DNA of 63,371 nt, counting the filler, from Octopus bimaculoides (taxonomy: Eukaryota): NCBI RefSeq assembly GCF_001194135.2. It is 9 parts of 8 records of this genome, joined end to end, with 100 filler letters (N's around TTAATTAATTAA, not from the genome) between each part and the next. Parts side by side here need not be neighbours in the genome. Positions count along the whole stretch, not along the records: positions 36,692 to 47,557 come from NC_068981.1; positions 47,658 to 53,180 come from NC_069004.1; 7 more parts are not named here. The stretch is one strand, 5' to 3'. Position 1 is the first letter of the stretch; each line of letters begins with the position of its first letter. The notes below the pieces were generated by a model. That model was not told the origin of the DNA. It made no database searches and saw nothing but the letters and a program-made list of their open reading frames with translations. Shown here piece after piece: positions 36,592 through 49,499 of this stretch. The position numbers were made by a program, and so were the translations under genes.

Positions 36592-37602
36592 NNNNNNNNN
36601 NNNNNNNNNNNNNNNNNNNNNNNNNNNNNNNNNNNTTAATTAATTAANNNNNNNNNNNNNNNNNNNNNNNNNNNNNNNNNNNNNNNNNNNNGCTGTAGAA
36701 ACTCTGCCAAATTAGATTGGAGCCTGGTGTAGCCATCCGGTTGCACCAGTCCTCACTCGAATCGTCCAACCCATGCTAGCATGGAAAGCGGACGTTAAAC
36801 GATGATGATGATGATGATGATGAAAACACAACTTACTCTCTTGTTTCTCTAATAATTCTTCGTAGTTCTTCTTTTTCAAGCTCAACCTAACAAAAGAAAA
36901 CAGAAGTAAGAATAATTGATAAATATATATTTCTTCCAAGTACTAGCATAATTAATAAATCCAGCAAATTGCCTAACCTCTTGTGATCAGACACATTTGC
37001 CAACAGGTGATTAGGGGGTTTTCACTTTAACCCTTGCTACGATATTCTTGTTAAAATGCACTGTTCTTGTTTCAATTAATTTTGAAGATGTCATTATATG
37101 TGCAGGCATGGCTGTGTTGTAAAAAACTTGCTTCTCAACCACATGGTTTTGAGTTCTTCTACAACAGCACCAGCTGACACTAAGGCTTTGTGAGTGGATT
37201 TGATAGATAGAAAATGAAAGAAGCCTGTCATATGTATATGTGGCTTTGTGTATGTATGTCTGAACCACTTGACAACTGATGTTGGTTTATGTACACTGAA
37301 CCGCAATAGAAACACAAATTTTTCAAATGTCATTTTTATATGGTAAATTCTGAAAATTTATTTCATGGATGTAAGTGTAAATATTCCAAGACATTCTGGT
37401 TTATGGCTGAAACCCAAATTGCAGGTAACCTTCCAACTTACCCTGAAACGAGATGCCAAAATGCAGCTGCGTTGAATGCTGTGGGTGGCAGTCGCAAACA
37501 ATTGTCATGAAAACCGAAATGCATGTGCATCTCATGGAAGTTATGGGTATAAAAATCAACTTGAACCGTCTTCCTGGCATTCGTAATTTGAACGCATCAG
37601 GT

Positions 37603-38165
37603 ATGACCTGATTGTCAGTAGCACAGAGAACAAGCTATCTGCTGATTGCAAGTAAGGCAACATGTCTGGGCTGTTGTGAAAGCTTACAATGTCCATGTCA
37701 GCACCATCTATTGCCTGCAACAGCGATACAACACTGCTGACTGTACCTACAGAGGGTGCTCCCCCCAGGTGCCCATACCCAGACAGGACCACTTCATCTA
37801 CCTGCAACACCTCTGCAATCGCTCAGACTGGCCAGAGTGACAGCTTATGAGACCATTGTCACTGGACAGCGACCCATCAGCATTGACACGGTAAGATGCT
37901 GACTGGCCACCAACAACCTGCATTGCTGTCATCCTCCTTGAGGGCCTGTCCTCACCGCCTGCCACAACTACAGTTGGCTACACAGCACTGACATTGTCAG
38001 CATCAAGAATGGAAGTCGATAGTCTTCTCTGACGAGAGCCGGTACTGCATTTCCACCTTGGATGAAAAAGTGAGGGTAGGACATAGGAAGGGGTGAATGC
38101 CACAGAAACGCATATGTCATGGAGAGACATGTAGTGGCCAAAGCATCATGGTTTGTGGTTCTATA
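37603..38165 (+). mobile_element. Decayed Tc1-like transposase (HTH to first catalytic Asp)
   Basis: AYNVHVSTIYCLQQRYNT...PRQDHFIYLQHL..., then WKSIVFSDESRYCISTLDEKVRV (FSDES at about 38025-38039). Confidence 0.85.
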
Positions 38166-38950
38166 GACAATGTTCGATGTGTTGTACTTCCTTAGTTAAG
38201 ACGGTAGGGTATGATTTCTAACATGGTCGTTCAACCATTTAGGCTCCCTCATAGGCTCAAGCTGATGCAGCTATGTTTCATATTATGGCCGTGAATACAG
38301 AATGAAATACAAAATGAAACTAGAATAAACTACAATTCAAACACAAATGATATTAAATCGCAAGAAACAATGCTTCAAATATGTATAACTAATAATATTT
38401 AAGTATAAAACAAATTAACATGGATAGTATGGTTCGATTCAATATAGTAGTTACTTCTTCAGAATGCTTATATATATATATATTACGACGACCACCCTTG
38501 TTAATATATCTATTAATCTTCATACTTAAAAAACACAATGTTGAATGCACGTATTGGCAGTTTTATTGTTTGCTTCTTTACAAAACTGAATGTTACCAAT
38601 ACAGTTTTTAGTCGTAATACGAAAGATCACCGTTGAGCTAGGTACGCAGAGTTGATCATAATTACAAGCTTTTGAACATGCCTCTAGAAGGTTCGCATCG
38701 TATCACTGTCCGGACGTTTGTCTCATCGAATTTAAGAAAATAGTGGGGATGCAGACAAACATACATATATTTATAATTATTTTTTAATGCCTAACACTCT
38801 ATTACATAGAGTTTTGCACCCCTGTTCAGACTGGAGACCATCCCGGGGACCGGCATCTTCCGACAGTCACTTAGTCCAGCGGTCCTGAGCGGAGTTGATA
38901 GTACAATGGAATGTACAGGTTCTTTTGGTTCACATCGTAGCACTCTCTCT

Positions 38951-38990
<40 letters not shown>

Positions 38991-41798
38991 NNNNNNNNNN
39001 NNNNNNNNNNNNNNNNNNNNNNNNNATATATAATTATGTGTATTTCTTCTATCTTAATGAATGGGTTAATAGAAACCAATGTAGCAAAGAACACAAAATA
39101 ACTGTGGTTCAGTTCCTGTTTTTAAGGCAGGAACTCTTTATATATATATATATATATATATACTCACACAACTTCTGTTGGCAAGATGGTAGAGGGGAAA
39201 AGTTTTCTTTTTGTGGGAGTGGAAAATAACTTACGTTCATTAATTTTAAAGGACGAATAAAAACTAGAAACAAGAGGATTATAACTGTACTCACTTTATC
39301 AGGTATGCGTTTAGCAATACCTCTCTTCACCCAAGCAAGGCACGGAACGACACTCATAGCAGCAACGCAATATTTTTCAGTGTTGACGAATTACCACGTG
39401 TAGTCAGGAGCAAGATGAAAGGTAAAGACAGCAATACGCATGCGTTGAATAATCTTTAGAGTTACTTCCCTTGGTCTCGAGAGGTGAGAAGTACTTTGTG
39501 CCACTCCTCTGAGTTCGATTCTTCCCAGAGTGATTTTTGGTATTTCTTCCGCATAAGTAGATAAAACAAGTACTTAATGTTAACGAACAAGAACTATATA
39601 GATTGAACTAACGAGGGAAGCTCTACGAAATCATTTGGCCTTTTATAACCAGCCACTAAGATTTCCATATCTAACAGTCTTCCCTTAAAAAAAAAAACTA
39701 TTCGGTAATGTAATTAGTTTCCTTTGTTGTAGAGTGTCTTTTGAGAATCTGAAATCAGCTGCCTCTTCATCGTGAAATTAAACTCATCTATTATAAGATG
39801 CATTGCAGAAATATAAACCAACGCCCTGTGTTTGATTGGCGTTTTATTTAACAACCCTAAAAGTATGAAATGCAAAGTCGACTTCGGGGGGGATTTGAAC
39901 TCAACGCGTTGAGATGTAGAATAATTACCATAAGGCACACTATCATATGAGCTCGCAATTACGCTAATTAATCATTTGTATGGGGGGGAAAAAAAAGCGT
40001 CAGCTTAAATTCAGGGGAAGCCACTCTATAACGAGTTACCTCCCTTGAAAATATTGAAAATATCTGATAAGTAACTGGCGAACCTAATTACTGTTAGCTC
40101 TTGTGACCGACAGCATTCTGCCGCCGATGTTAAAAATAATTTTCCAGGAATATCTGAAAATACTGCTAGCCCCTGCGCTAACCTCCAGTTCAAGTGTAAC
40201 TTTACAAATGCGTTAAAATCTGCTTGATCCGTGTCTCTCTATTTACAAACAACTTTGTATTTATATACCAGACTGGTACCTACTTTTATCGTGCAAGCTG
40301 GTTGTTGTTGCTTAACTCTGCGCCAAAAACACTTGACGCGTAATCACAGAGATGTGAGTTCAAGTCTCATGGCTGGCCAGTAGCGTATTTTTCTGCAATG
40401 TATGGATAGTTTATTCTGATCACGCTATTTATAGCATTATCACGCGTTTGAGAAATAAATTTATTTCTGTATCATTATATAATTGTTACTTTCTTTTTCT
40501 TTTCAAAGAGTTCCGTGTGGTATAAGAGGAATTTGGTTAGTATTTCTAGCAGATTAGAGCAATGGAGGAAATGCTGTATGTATGTATGTATGCATGCGTA
40601 TATAAGAGAATGAAAGAGGGAGAAAGGGAATAAGAGCTCTTGTTGGAGGTGGGGGGGGATACCGAAATATGTTCACTATAATTATGATCGACAAAAAACA
40701 CCCCCCGCCAAAACAATAAAGTAAAAACAAAACAAAGAACAACCAAATAGTCAACAAAAACAAAACAAAATCAGGAAATAAGTGAATGAGTGAGTTACTT
40801 TCTGCAGGAAGCAGGAGTATTTTGAAACGATGAAGTTGAGGCGATTTGAAGGATCTTGCCAAAAGGTTTCATAAGGGTCTCCTCTGGAAGTAGAGATAAA
40901 GGTTACCAGGTTGACATAATCAATATGGTGTCGGACATTAATTTCTTACCGTATTTATTTACTCCTCTTTATGATTTGAGTTATTTTTCCCTGAAGGTTT
41001 TAACTTTGTTACTTGGTCTTTTCTCCTTCTGGATCAATAAAATAAAGGACTAAATCAGGTATTGAGTTGCTCAATTTGATCGATTGTAGCTACCTTTCAA
41101 ACCCACATTCTATTCCATTCAACCATGATCGATGAATTGCTGGATGAAAGCCTCGACATCCCATTAATGGCTTCTCTATCATGGTTGTAGTGAAGGTACG
41201 TGGTTTAATAGTTAAAGTGTTCGGGTTATGATCGAAGATCGTGGATTCATTTCTCAGACCAGGCAGTGCGTTTTGTTCTTAAAGAAGGCCCTTAAGTTCT
41301 TACGTACTCAACCTGTAAACGAGTACCAGTCGTTTGCAAGCGCAATCCCCTCTTATTTCAGTGGTAACATCGTGGATGTTTCACTGTGAAGAGAGAGTCA
41401 AGAGGGTGTCTAGGTCTACTCGTGACTACACAGGGACTTAAAACAATTAGCGAAAGCATGGTGCATGTTATCAATCCATACTCTTTTGCGATTGACGGCC
41501 AGCTGTACAGTAGTCCTACCTGTTCACACTGGTCGATTTCGAGTGGAATGAGATACCGCTGTGACTAACCTGGGCAATGGTATCGCATCGGAATTTGAAC
41601 CCACAACTTCGGTAACACCAATTCGTTGCTTCCTGGATTGCAATTTCATTTTTCGATCCCAAAAGCATGCAGAGCAATGTTGACCTCGGCATGATGTGAA
41701 CGTAAAGCGTAGAGATCCAACACATATACTGCAAGGAATTCTACCCACTGTTCAAACAACCCTGCTAATTTATTATGTGATTACGACAGAAGTTCTTA

Positions 41799-43293
41799 TC
41801 TCTCAAAATTCTTTGTCTGTTTGTCTGTCTGTCTATCTGTTCCCTATGCATTCTCAAACGGCTCCACCAAATCAAATCAAATTTTACAAGGTAATACTAT
41901 TACACCCCACGAGTGTCAACATGTAATTTTTATTTCCGTTTGGATTAAAACAATATAATATTTTCTCGGAAATAATCTTTCTACAGGACATATTAAACCA
42001 CGACAACGACGACGATTACGACACATTTTGTATATGTGTGTGTACGTGTCCGTCAGTGTGTATGTTTATGCACGTTCGTTATGTATGAGATAGTAAAGGA
42101 CATTTCTACCACGACGACGACATTTTGTATACGAGTGTGTAAGTGTCTGTCAGTGCGCGCGCGCGCGCGTGTTTGCGCGTGTTTGCGCGTTCGTTACGTA
42201 CGACATAGTAAAGGAGATTTTATGCCACCGCCACAACCACGACCACCACCATGACGACGACGACGACCACCACGACGACCACCACCACCACTACCACTAC
42301 CACGATACATTTGGTATATGAATGCGTATGTGTCTGTGAGTGTGTGTTTTTGCGCGTTCATCACGTAAATGTATGTCTGTGTCTGTCTTAATATATGTAG
42401 GTGAGTGTATGTGACAGTGTATGTCTATGTCAATGTATGTGAGAGTGTATGTGTGTGTCAGTGTATGTGTGTGTCAGTGTATGTGTGATTGTCAATTACA
42501 CTGATGCAAACTGGCTATGTCAAAGAGCTATACTGGCTCCAACTAATGAAATGTTTGATGAACTCAATCATGCACTTCAAAAGTTAACAGATACATCAGA
42601 AATGACTTTTCCATCAATTCACACAATAGTCGATCAAATCAGGCAGTTCAATACCCTGTTGAATTTCTGAACATACTTAAGCCCACTGGGATGCCACCAT
42701 ATAACTTGACACTAAAGCTGGATGCTCCCATTATGTTGCTTAGTAATCTTCACACACCTCACCTGTGTAATGGAACTCACTTAATTGTTACTTCCATGAA
42801 GCCCCATGTCCTATAGGCAACAATCATAATAGGTAGTCACAAAGAAGAAAATGTCTTTATTCCAGAATTTCTTCTCATACTTACAGATGTTCCATTTGAA
42901 TTTAAGAGGCTTCAGTTTCCAGTCAAACTAAGTTTTGGTATTTCAATTAACAAATCTCAGAGTCAGTCCTTCAAGGTAGTTGGACTTCATATCTCTACTA
43001 CATGCTTTTCCCACGGCCAATTCTATGTTGGTTGCTCATGAGTTGGAAGCAGCAACAATTTATTCATTTGGACGCCAACAAAAAATTACACAATGAATAT
43101 TGTTTATCCTGAGATACTTCAAGATTGACAGATTTTCATTTCGAAATTCTATTATCTTTACAATTTGGATGTTTTTAAATAAAATATACATATTTGGAAA
43201 TAATTATGAGAAAATAATATATCTTCATATTTATTCTTCATTAATCTGAATAAGAGCAGTATTAACCCGGGCAACGCCGGGTAATTCAGTCAG
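41799..43293 (+). mobile_element. Internally deleted Helitron with PIF1 helicase C-terminus and both ends
   Basis: NWLCQRAILAPTNE, TGMPPYNLTLKLDAPIMLLSNL..LCNGT, RLQFPVKLSFGISINKSQ, FSHGQFYVGCS; 3' hairpin CCCGG-GCAACG-CCGGG at 43266-43281 followed by TCAG|T (variant of CTAG); putative A|TC 5' end at 41799. Confidence 0.8.
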
Positions 43294-44537
43294 TTTACTT
43301 TAAAGATGTTAACGGATGCATTTATATTTTATTTCTTGTAGAGCAGTAAGTAGCTGAATAGATAGAGAGGCAGGACTAAGGACATTGAAGCAATTAGTAA
43401 CGTCACATTTCATACTGTGAGTTCAAATCCTGCCAGGATCAACCGTGACTCTCTCAGTTTTCCGGATTCTTTACTTTTTATCATTTTTTATATTATTACT
43501 TGTTTCTGTCACTGGACAGCAGTCATGTTGAGGCAATGACTCAAAGGGTTTAATCGAGCAAATCGATCCCAGTTCAAATTTTTTTGAAAGTCTGGTCCTT
43601 AGTCTAGCGGTCTTTTTTGTCGAGCCGCTATGTTACTTGGGCGTAAACAGACCGATAGTGGTTGTTAAGCAATGTGCGCGCGCACACACACACACACATA
43701 TATATATACCACAGGCTTCTACGGAATTTTCGTCAACCAAATTCATTCACAAGGCTTTGGTCACCCCAGAGCTATAATAGAAGGCATCTGCCCTCGTGGT
43801 TTCATATTCAGTCACATTACATGGTACCATAGGCAGGCGTCTTTTATTATAGCCCTGGGCCGACGAAAGCCATTATCAGGCATGACTGTGTGCTGTTTGA
43901 AACAACTATACTCCTCATATGAATGTGCGATCCTGTGGCAGAGTTTGAAACCGATTTTTCATCAGAGATGTGTCTGAAACAGATACGTGCTTGTCATATG
44001 AAATTCAAAAAGGTGCCCAAGGCTTGTCGTTGGAAAGATGGTGGATAATCTTGTGGGTGTTTACTAAGTCAGTTGCCAGACGTCTGAGCTTCAATGTATC
44101 CATATCCAGGGAAACAAGACGTTCAGAATATGATAGATGTCTGAAAGCGGGTATTCGTTTTGTTGCACGTTTCTGAACAGTTTCCAGGAGATTTATATGC
44201 TGAGCAAGATAGGGGTTCCAGATGCTGTTGTTTATAACCTGGTTAGCCGTATTCGATCAGGCTTATAAACAAAAACTTTCCAGATGTGATCGTCCAATCT
44301 TTTAAAGCAAAATATATCTCAGACGATACTATTCAATACCATTCATCGTTTATATTTTGCTTGTTTCAGTCACTGGACGATTTCCATGCTGGAACATCGC
44401 GTTGAGGTGTTTAGTCGAAAAAATCAACTTCACTACTTAGTCTGGTACTTATTCTATCATTCTTTCACGCTGAATCGCTAAGTTCTGGGACGTAAACAAG
44501 CCAACGTCAGTTCTCAAGCGGTGGTGCGGCGGTGACA

Positions 44538-44622
<85 letters not shown>

Positions 44623-45668
44623 CAAGTTTACAGTTTCTGCAAAGCCAAATCCTCTCCCAAGGATAGAAGCTACTTGCCCGATGTCCCACGCCGTGGGACT
44701 GAACCGAAACCACGTGTTTGCGAAACGAACTTCTTAACAGCAATGACACACTTGCACCTTTTAAAGATTTGTAGCATATCAAGCTGTGGCGACTCGTGTA
44801 TAGAGACTGCAGAATTGCAGCACCCCCTATTTTCACTCAATATTATCGATAACATTCAATATAATAAGTCTTTATTTTCATTAATTCTCTCTTTATACTT
44901 GGACATTATATAATCGTTAAACTTAATGTCAGTAGCAATACCCTCGTTCATGAAAAATTATAAAAATCCTTGTATGGAACAGTGTGCTTCACAGTTCCAG
45001 CGATGCGGTGTTTGGCTGTTGTGCGCATGAGCACATACCCGAGGGAAGACGCTGCACGCTGGTTAGAGGGAGCATCGTCGCTCATGCAGTGCTGACCCTG
45101 TTGTCCGAGTGTAGGATAGTGTTTATTTTTGACTCAGCATGTTTTGTGCTTGAAAACCGTGTACTGTATTCTTGAATGTGGTAAACTGCAGATGATTATC
45201 ACGCTTCCAGCTTTTCTATTTGATTCATCGTTTTTTTCTTCTGTTGTTTTATTGTATAGAAAATTTAAATAATTTAACCATGACCTCCTTGCATCCCCAA
45301 GAAATAAGTTCTGTGGCAGTAAGTGAACAACGGACAAAAACCCCATAGCACAGACATTTGATGGTGCAAATGTCATGAAAGGTAAAACAGCAGGAGTTCA
45401 AGCAAAAATAATGCACATTTCATCCACTATTATGCACATCATCTAAATTTAATAATGAGTAATGCAGCAAGTATTACATGGATGTCGAGTGGCCACATTG
45501 AAACTTCCTTAGCGTTTAAAAGAAGTCATTATACAAGTTATAGTTAGATTAATCTTGGTTTATCTCCAGTTGAGATCTGAACGAATAGACGCATAATTAA
45601 ACTCCTTCGGGGATTAACTATCCTTCTATATTTTAAACAGTGTATCAGAATATGGTGTCCTTTCCTTT

Positions 45669-46330
45669 TTAAGTTTTTAAGACTGCAAACATACTTGGAG
45701 TTGTGAAAAGTATGCTGAGAAATAAGAGGTTGAGCGTGAAAGCGAAAAGAGGTATGTATGAGGGCGTGATTGTGCCGACAATGTTATTTGGTGCGGAGAC
45801 GTGGGGACTGAGAGAGGCGGAAAGTAGGCGACTAGATGTGTTTGAGATTAGATGTTTGGTGGCTATGGTTGGTGTGACACGGATGGACAGGATGAGGAAT
45901 GAGATAGTGCGAAGGTGAACTAACAATCAAAATGGACAGACGATTATTGAGGTGGTTTGGCTACATGGAGAGGATGAATGAGAAGCGGATGATAGCGAGG
46001 GTGATGAAGGCTGAAGTGGTGGGCAGCAGAACCAGCGGCAGATCTCGGTTTGTGTGGATGGATGGAGTGAGGAAAGCTTTGGTGGTTATAAGTGTTGGAG
46101 TGAGAGAGGCAAGACAATTCATAAATGATAGGGGAGCTTGGAGAGTATTTGTGGACGGATGAGTGAATTTGATGTTGCTCAAAGGGGTAGTGAACCAGTA
46201 TGATGCGGCGGGGGCAAACCAGTATATGTTGTCGGGCCCCGTTGCTGATATTGGAGGTTGCGTTCTATGCCTTGACCCGAGCATAAAACGGGACTCGCCT
46301 CTTTCAGCTGGGAAACGAATGGAATGCCAG
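45669..46330 (+). mobile_element. RTE-clade LINE 3' fragment
   Basis: KAKRGMYEGVIVPTMLFGAETWGL...LDVFEIRCL..MVGVTRMDRMRNEIVRR / RLLRWFGYMERM...GRSRFVWMDGVRK. Confidence 0.85.
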
Positions 46331-46828
46331 GTGTGTGTCTTGTGGCTACNNNNNNNNNNGCCACCGTTGTAGCCGCTACCGACGCTGTCGTCGCTACCGC
46401 CGCTGTCGTCGCTATATATATAAAGACTGCAAAAGGTTATTGGAGAGATATTTAGCTGCTGTTTCTAGTGGGTCTATCGGCCAGCTTGAGGCTCCCCTTT
46501 TGGTTCACATGAATGATGTGATGGTTGTCGATCAAGATGTTATATTTTTTGTCTTTTCTTTTATCTTTTATCTTTTATTTGTTTCAGTCGTTAGACTGCG
46601 GCCAAGCTGGGGCACCACCTTCAACGACTTTTTTTAGTCAAATAAATCGAACCCAGTACTTATTTTTTGTTAAGCCTGGTACTTATTTTATCGATCTCTT
46701 TTGCCGAACCGCTAATTTACGGGGACATAAACACACCAACACGGGTTGTCAAGCTGTTGTGGTGGACAAACACACACACACACACACAACACGCACATAC
46801 ACACACACACAACCACACACAAACACAC

Positions 46829-46904
<76 letters not shown>

Positions 46905-47708
46905 CGGGCTTCTTTCCGTTTCTGTCTACCAAATCCACTCACAAAGCTTTAATCGGCCCGGAGTTATAGCAGAAGACACATGTCGAATGTGCCATGCAGT
47001 AGGACTGAACCCGGAACCACATAGCTGGAAAGCAAGCTTTTTGAAATCACACTGAGTTCGACTATGTTTTCTATGGGTTTGAACATAAGATAAGAATCGT
47101 CTTTACCCAATTACTCTAAATTTAAATTTTCTTCTCACCTTTGACTTGTCTGTATTTTGACGAAGTACCACAGTCCGAAACGCCGTGGAGTTCTCTGTTT
47201 CTTCCTTACATCGTAAGAGTAATTATCTTGCACACCTGTAGTATTTCTTTTGTTGAAGTTTATGAAATCATTTTTGGATTAATAAACGTGTGCAGTTCTA
47301 TACGCTCCGGGTTTAAATGCAGCTGGAGGTCGACTACGCCTTTTAACCTTTCGGGATCGATAGATATAAGTACCAGTCAAGAAGTGGGGTCGATATAATC
47401 AACTCCCCTCAAAAGCTGCAGGTCTTGTGCCGAAACTTGAAGCTGCTGCTGCTGCTGCTACTACTACTACTGCTACTACTACTACTACTAATACTACTAC
47501 TACAACTGCTATTGCTGCTACTGTCGCCGCCGTTGCCGCCGCCGTTGCCGCCGCCGTNNNNNNNNNNNNNNNNNNNNNNNNNNNNNNNNNNNNNNNNNNN
47601 NTTAATTAATTAANNNNNNNNNNNNNNNNNNNNNNNNNNNNNNNNNNNNNNNNNNNNATACCTAATTAGATAAGGCATTATGTATACTGACTTGCACATG
47701 CGCATATA

Positions 47709-48035
47709 CGGTGTTCAGATTAAATTTGACGCTTTGCATAAAGGGACAAGAAAATACGTAATTTAAAAAATATAAAAAATATCAACTAGATAATGGCTGA
47801 GAAATAACATTTTATTAAAAGTTAGCCTTTATTAGCTTTCGTAACAGCCCCAACAGTGTTCCGGAACATGGTGTATGCGTTCCTCATTGTGTCTCTAGGA
47901 AGATCTTCAAATACATTATTGATCTTGGTCACCAGCTCGGCCTTGGTGTTGCAGGTAGTGTGGTCGGTGTCTTTCTTAGTATCCCTCCACGCGTTTAGGA
48001 ATTATATCGTAGAGAAAAAAAGTTTCCAGCCGGCA
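47709..48035 (-). mobile_element. 3' end of a Tc1/mariner-superfamily (maT-like) transposon
   Basis: Minus translation WRDTKKDTDHTTCNTKAELVTKINNVFEDLPRDTMRNAYTMFRNTVGAV resembles such transposase C-termini; ends at TA|CGGTGTTCAGATTAAATTTGAC. Confidence 0.6.
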
Positions 48036-48083
48036 AAAAAATCTCATTAATCTAGTTAGGCTATTTCATTTCTGTTCCTGTCG

Positions 48084-49499
48084 CTAGGTTCCTTCCCCTC
48101 TAGCCCAAACTTGCGTCTCAGTTTTTACCAATATTGCAAATAATATTGCTCCAGATACACATACAGCAGCACACAACGCAAATACCATCTGCCATTCTTC
48201 ATGCGTACCGTTTGGAGTGAGAGCTTTCGCAGCCACGGAACAAAGGCTACCTGCTATTGCGCCAAAAAAGCTACAAATTCCAAATACAATACCAGCATAA
48301 CTTGGAGCAAAATCATTATTGTTGACGAGAACTCCACCACTGGAAAATGATAGCGATATACCACTGAGAAAGAAGAGCAAAGTTATTTGAATGGATTTGT
48401 CACATCTGAGAAATCCTATGACAATCAACAAACTTGCTGAAGCCATCATAGAAAAAGTTTGGAATAAAATTCGTACAGCTCGAGTCGAGAGATATTTCTT
48501 TGATCGTAAAAAATCTGCAATTCTTCCACTCAACGGAAGAGCAATGATTTGTCCAACTGAAGGAGCAGACGACATTAAACCGTTGATTGTTGTATTAACG
48601 TTTAAGGTTTCTTTCATATATAGAGGAAGCAATGTCTGGAAAGATACATTCGTCCAGGCATAAGCAAACATACCAAAATTGATTGCCCAGACAGCTGGTG
48701 ATAACATCAACTGTTTCCATGGTACTCTTCTAACGACATTTTGACATTTTATAGTTTTGTTTAAGTAGGAACGTTCTTCTTCGCTGATAGTGGGATGGAC
48801 TTCAGGATTATCGTGAACAACATAAAACCACACACAACAAAACAATAACGTTAATCCACCAAATACATAAAATATAGAACCCCATCCATTATCAAATCCA
48901 TAAACACAAAGGTAACCTCCTGTTGAAAGACCTACAATATTACCCAGAATTTGACCAGCATATACAAATCCTATCGATAAACTTATCTCTTGTGGAGGTC
49001 CCCAACGTCCAAATAAGGACTGAATTGCTGGAGGCAACAGCCCCGATACTGCTCCTGTCAATATCCTTAGAACAAGCGTAATGTAACCACTAATCCGAGA
49101 TAAACTTGGGTGAAGAATGGTCAAAATTGATGCTGAGAGAAGTGAAGCTCCCAGAACTCTTTTCCCACCATATTTATCCGCCAACACACCGCCAAAACCA
49201 GCCACCGTATACCCATAGAAGAACCCAGCCAACATATGTGATTGTAGTGTGTTGCTCCATTCAAACTCACCTTCAAAAGTTTGTGCGATTGAATGATTTT
49301 CCAAACCCGAACAAAGTTGGTTGCTTGTAGTATTGTTGACTTCCTCAGTTGTACGATTGGGTGTTTTCAACATGCATACAAAAGCCATACCTAGATCAAC
49401 TCTTAAAGTTTGTATTAGAAGAAAAGCCATACTACAGGCATAACATAATCTCCACCGACACGAATAATAACGCTTAATTTTATTGGTAAACTTCGACAT
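48084..49499 (-). CDS. Sialin-like SLC17 / anion:cation symporter family MFS transporter, 471 aa, single coding exon
   Basis: Uninterrupted ORF with in-frame TGA upstream of the ATG; motifs LRVDLGMAFVCM, FEWS, GFFYGY..GGVLADKYGGKRV, W.PPQE, W..IFY.FG, P..HP.IS.EE..Y, VPW...SPAVWA, LLP.YM, N.ND.AP.YAG, W..VF, Q.WA; N-glycosylation sequons in the first loop; about 12 hydrophobic segments. Confidence 0.95.
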   Translation of the reverse strand: MSKFTNKIKRYYSCRWRLCYACSMAFLLIQTLRVDLGMAFVCMLKTPNRTTEEVNNTTSNQLCSGLENHSIAQTFEGEFEWSNTLQSHMLAGFFYGYTVAGFGGVLADKYGGKRVLGASLLSASILTILHPSLSRISGYITLVLRILTGAVSGLLPPAIQSLFGRWGPPQEISLSIGFVYAGQILGNIVGLSTGGYLCVYGFDNGWGSIFYVFGGLTLLFCCVWFYVVHDNPEVHPTISEEERSYLNKTIKCQNVVRRVPWKQLMLSPAVWAINFGMFAYAWTNVSFQTLLPLYMKETLNVNTTINGLMSSAPSVGQIIALPLSGRIADFLRSKKYLSTRAVRILFQTFSMMASASLLIVIGFLRCDKSIQITLLFFLSGISLSFSSGGVLVNNNDFAPSYAGIVFGICSFFGAIAGSLCSVAAKALTPNGTHEEWQMVFALCAAVCVSGAILFAILVKTETQVWARGEGT

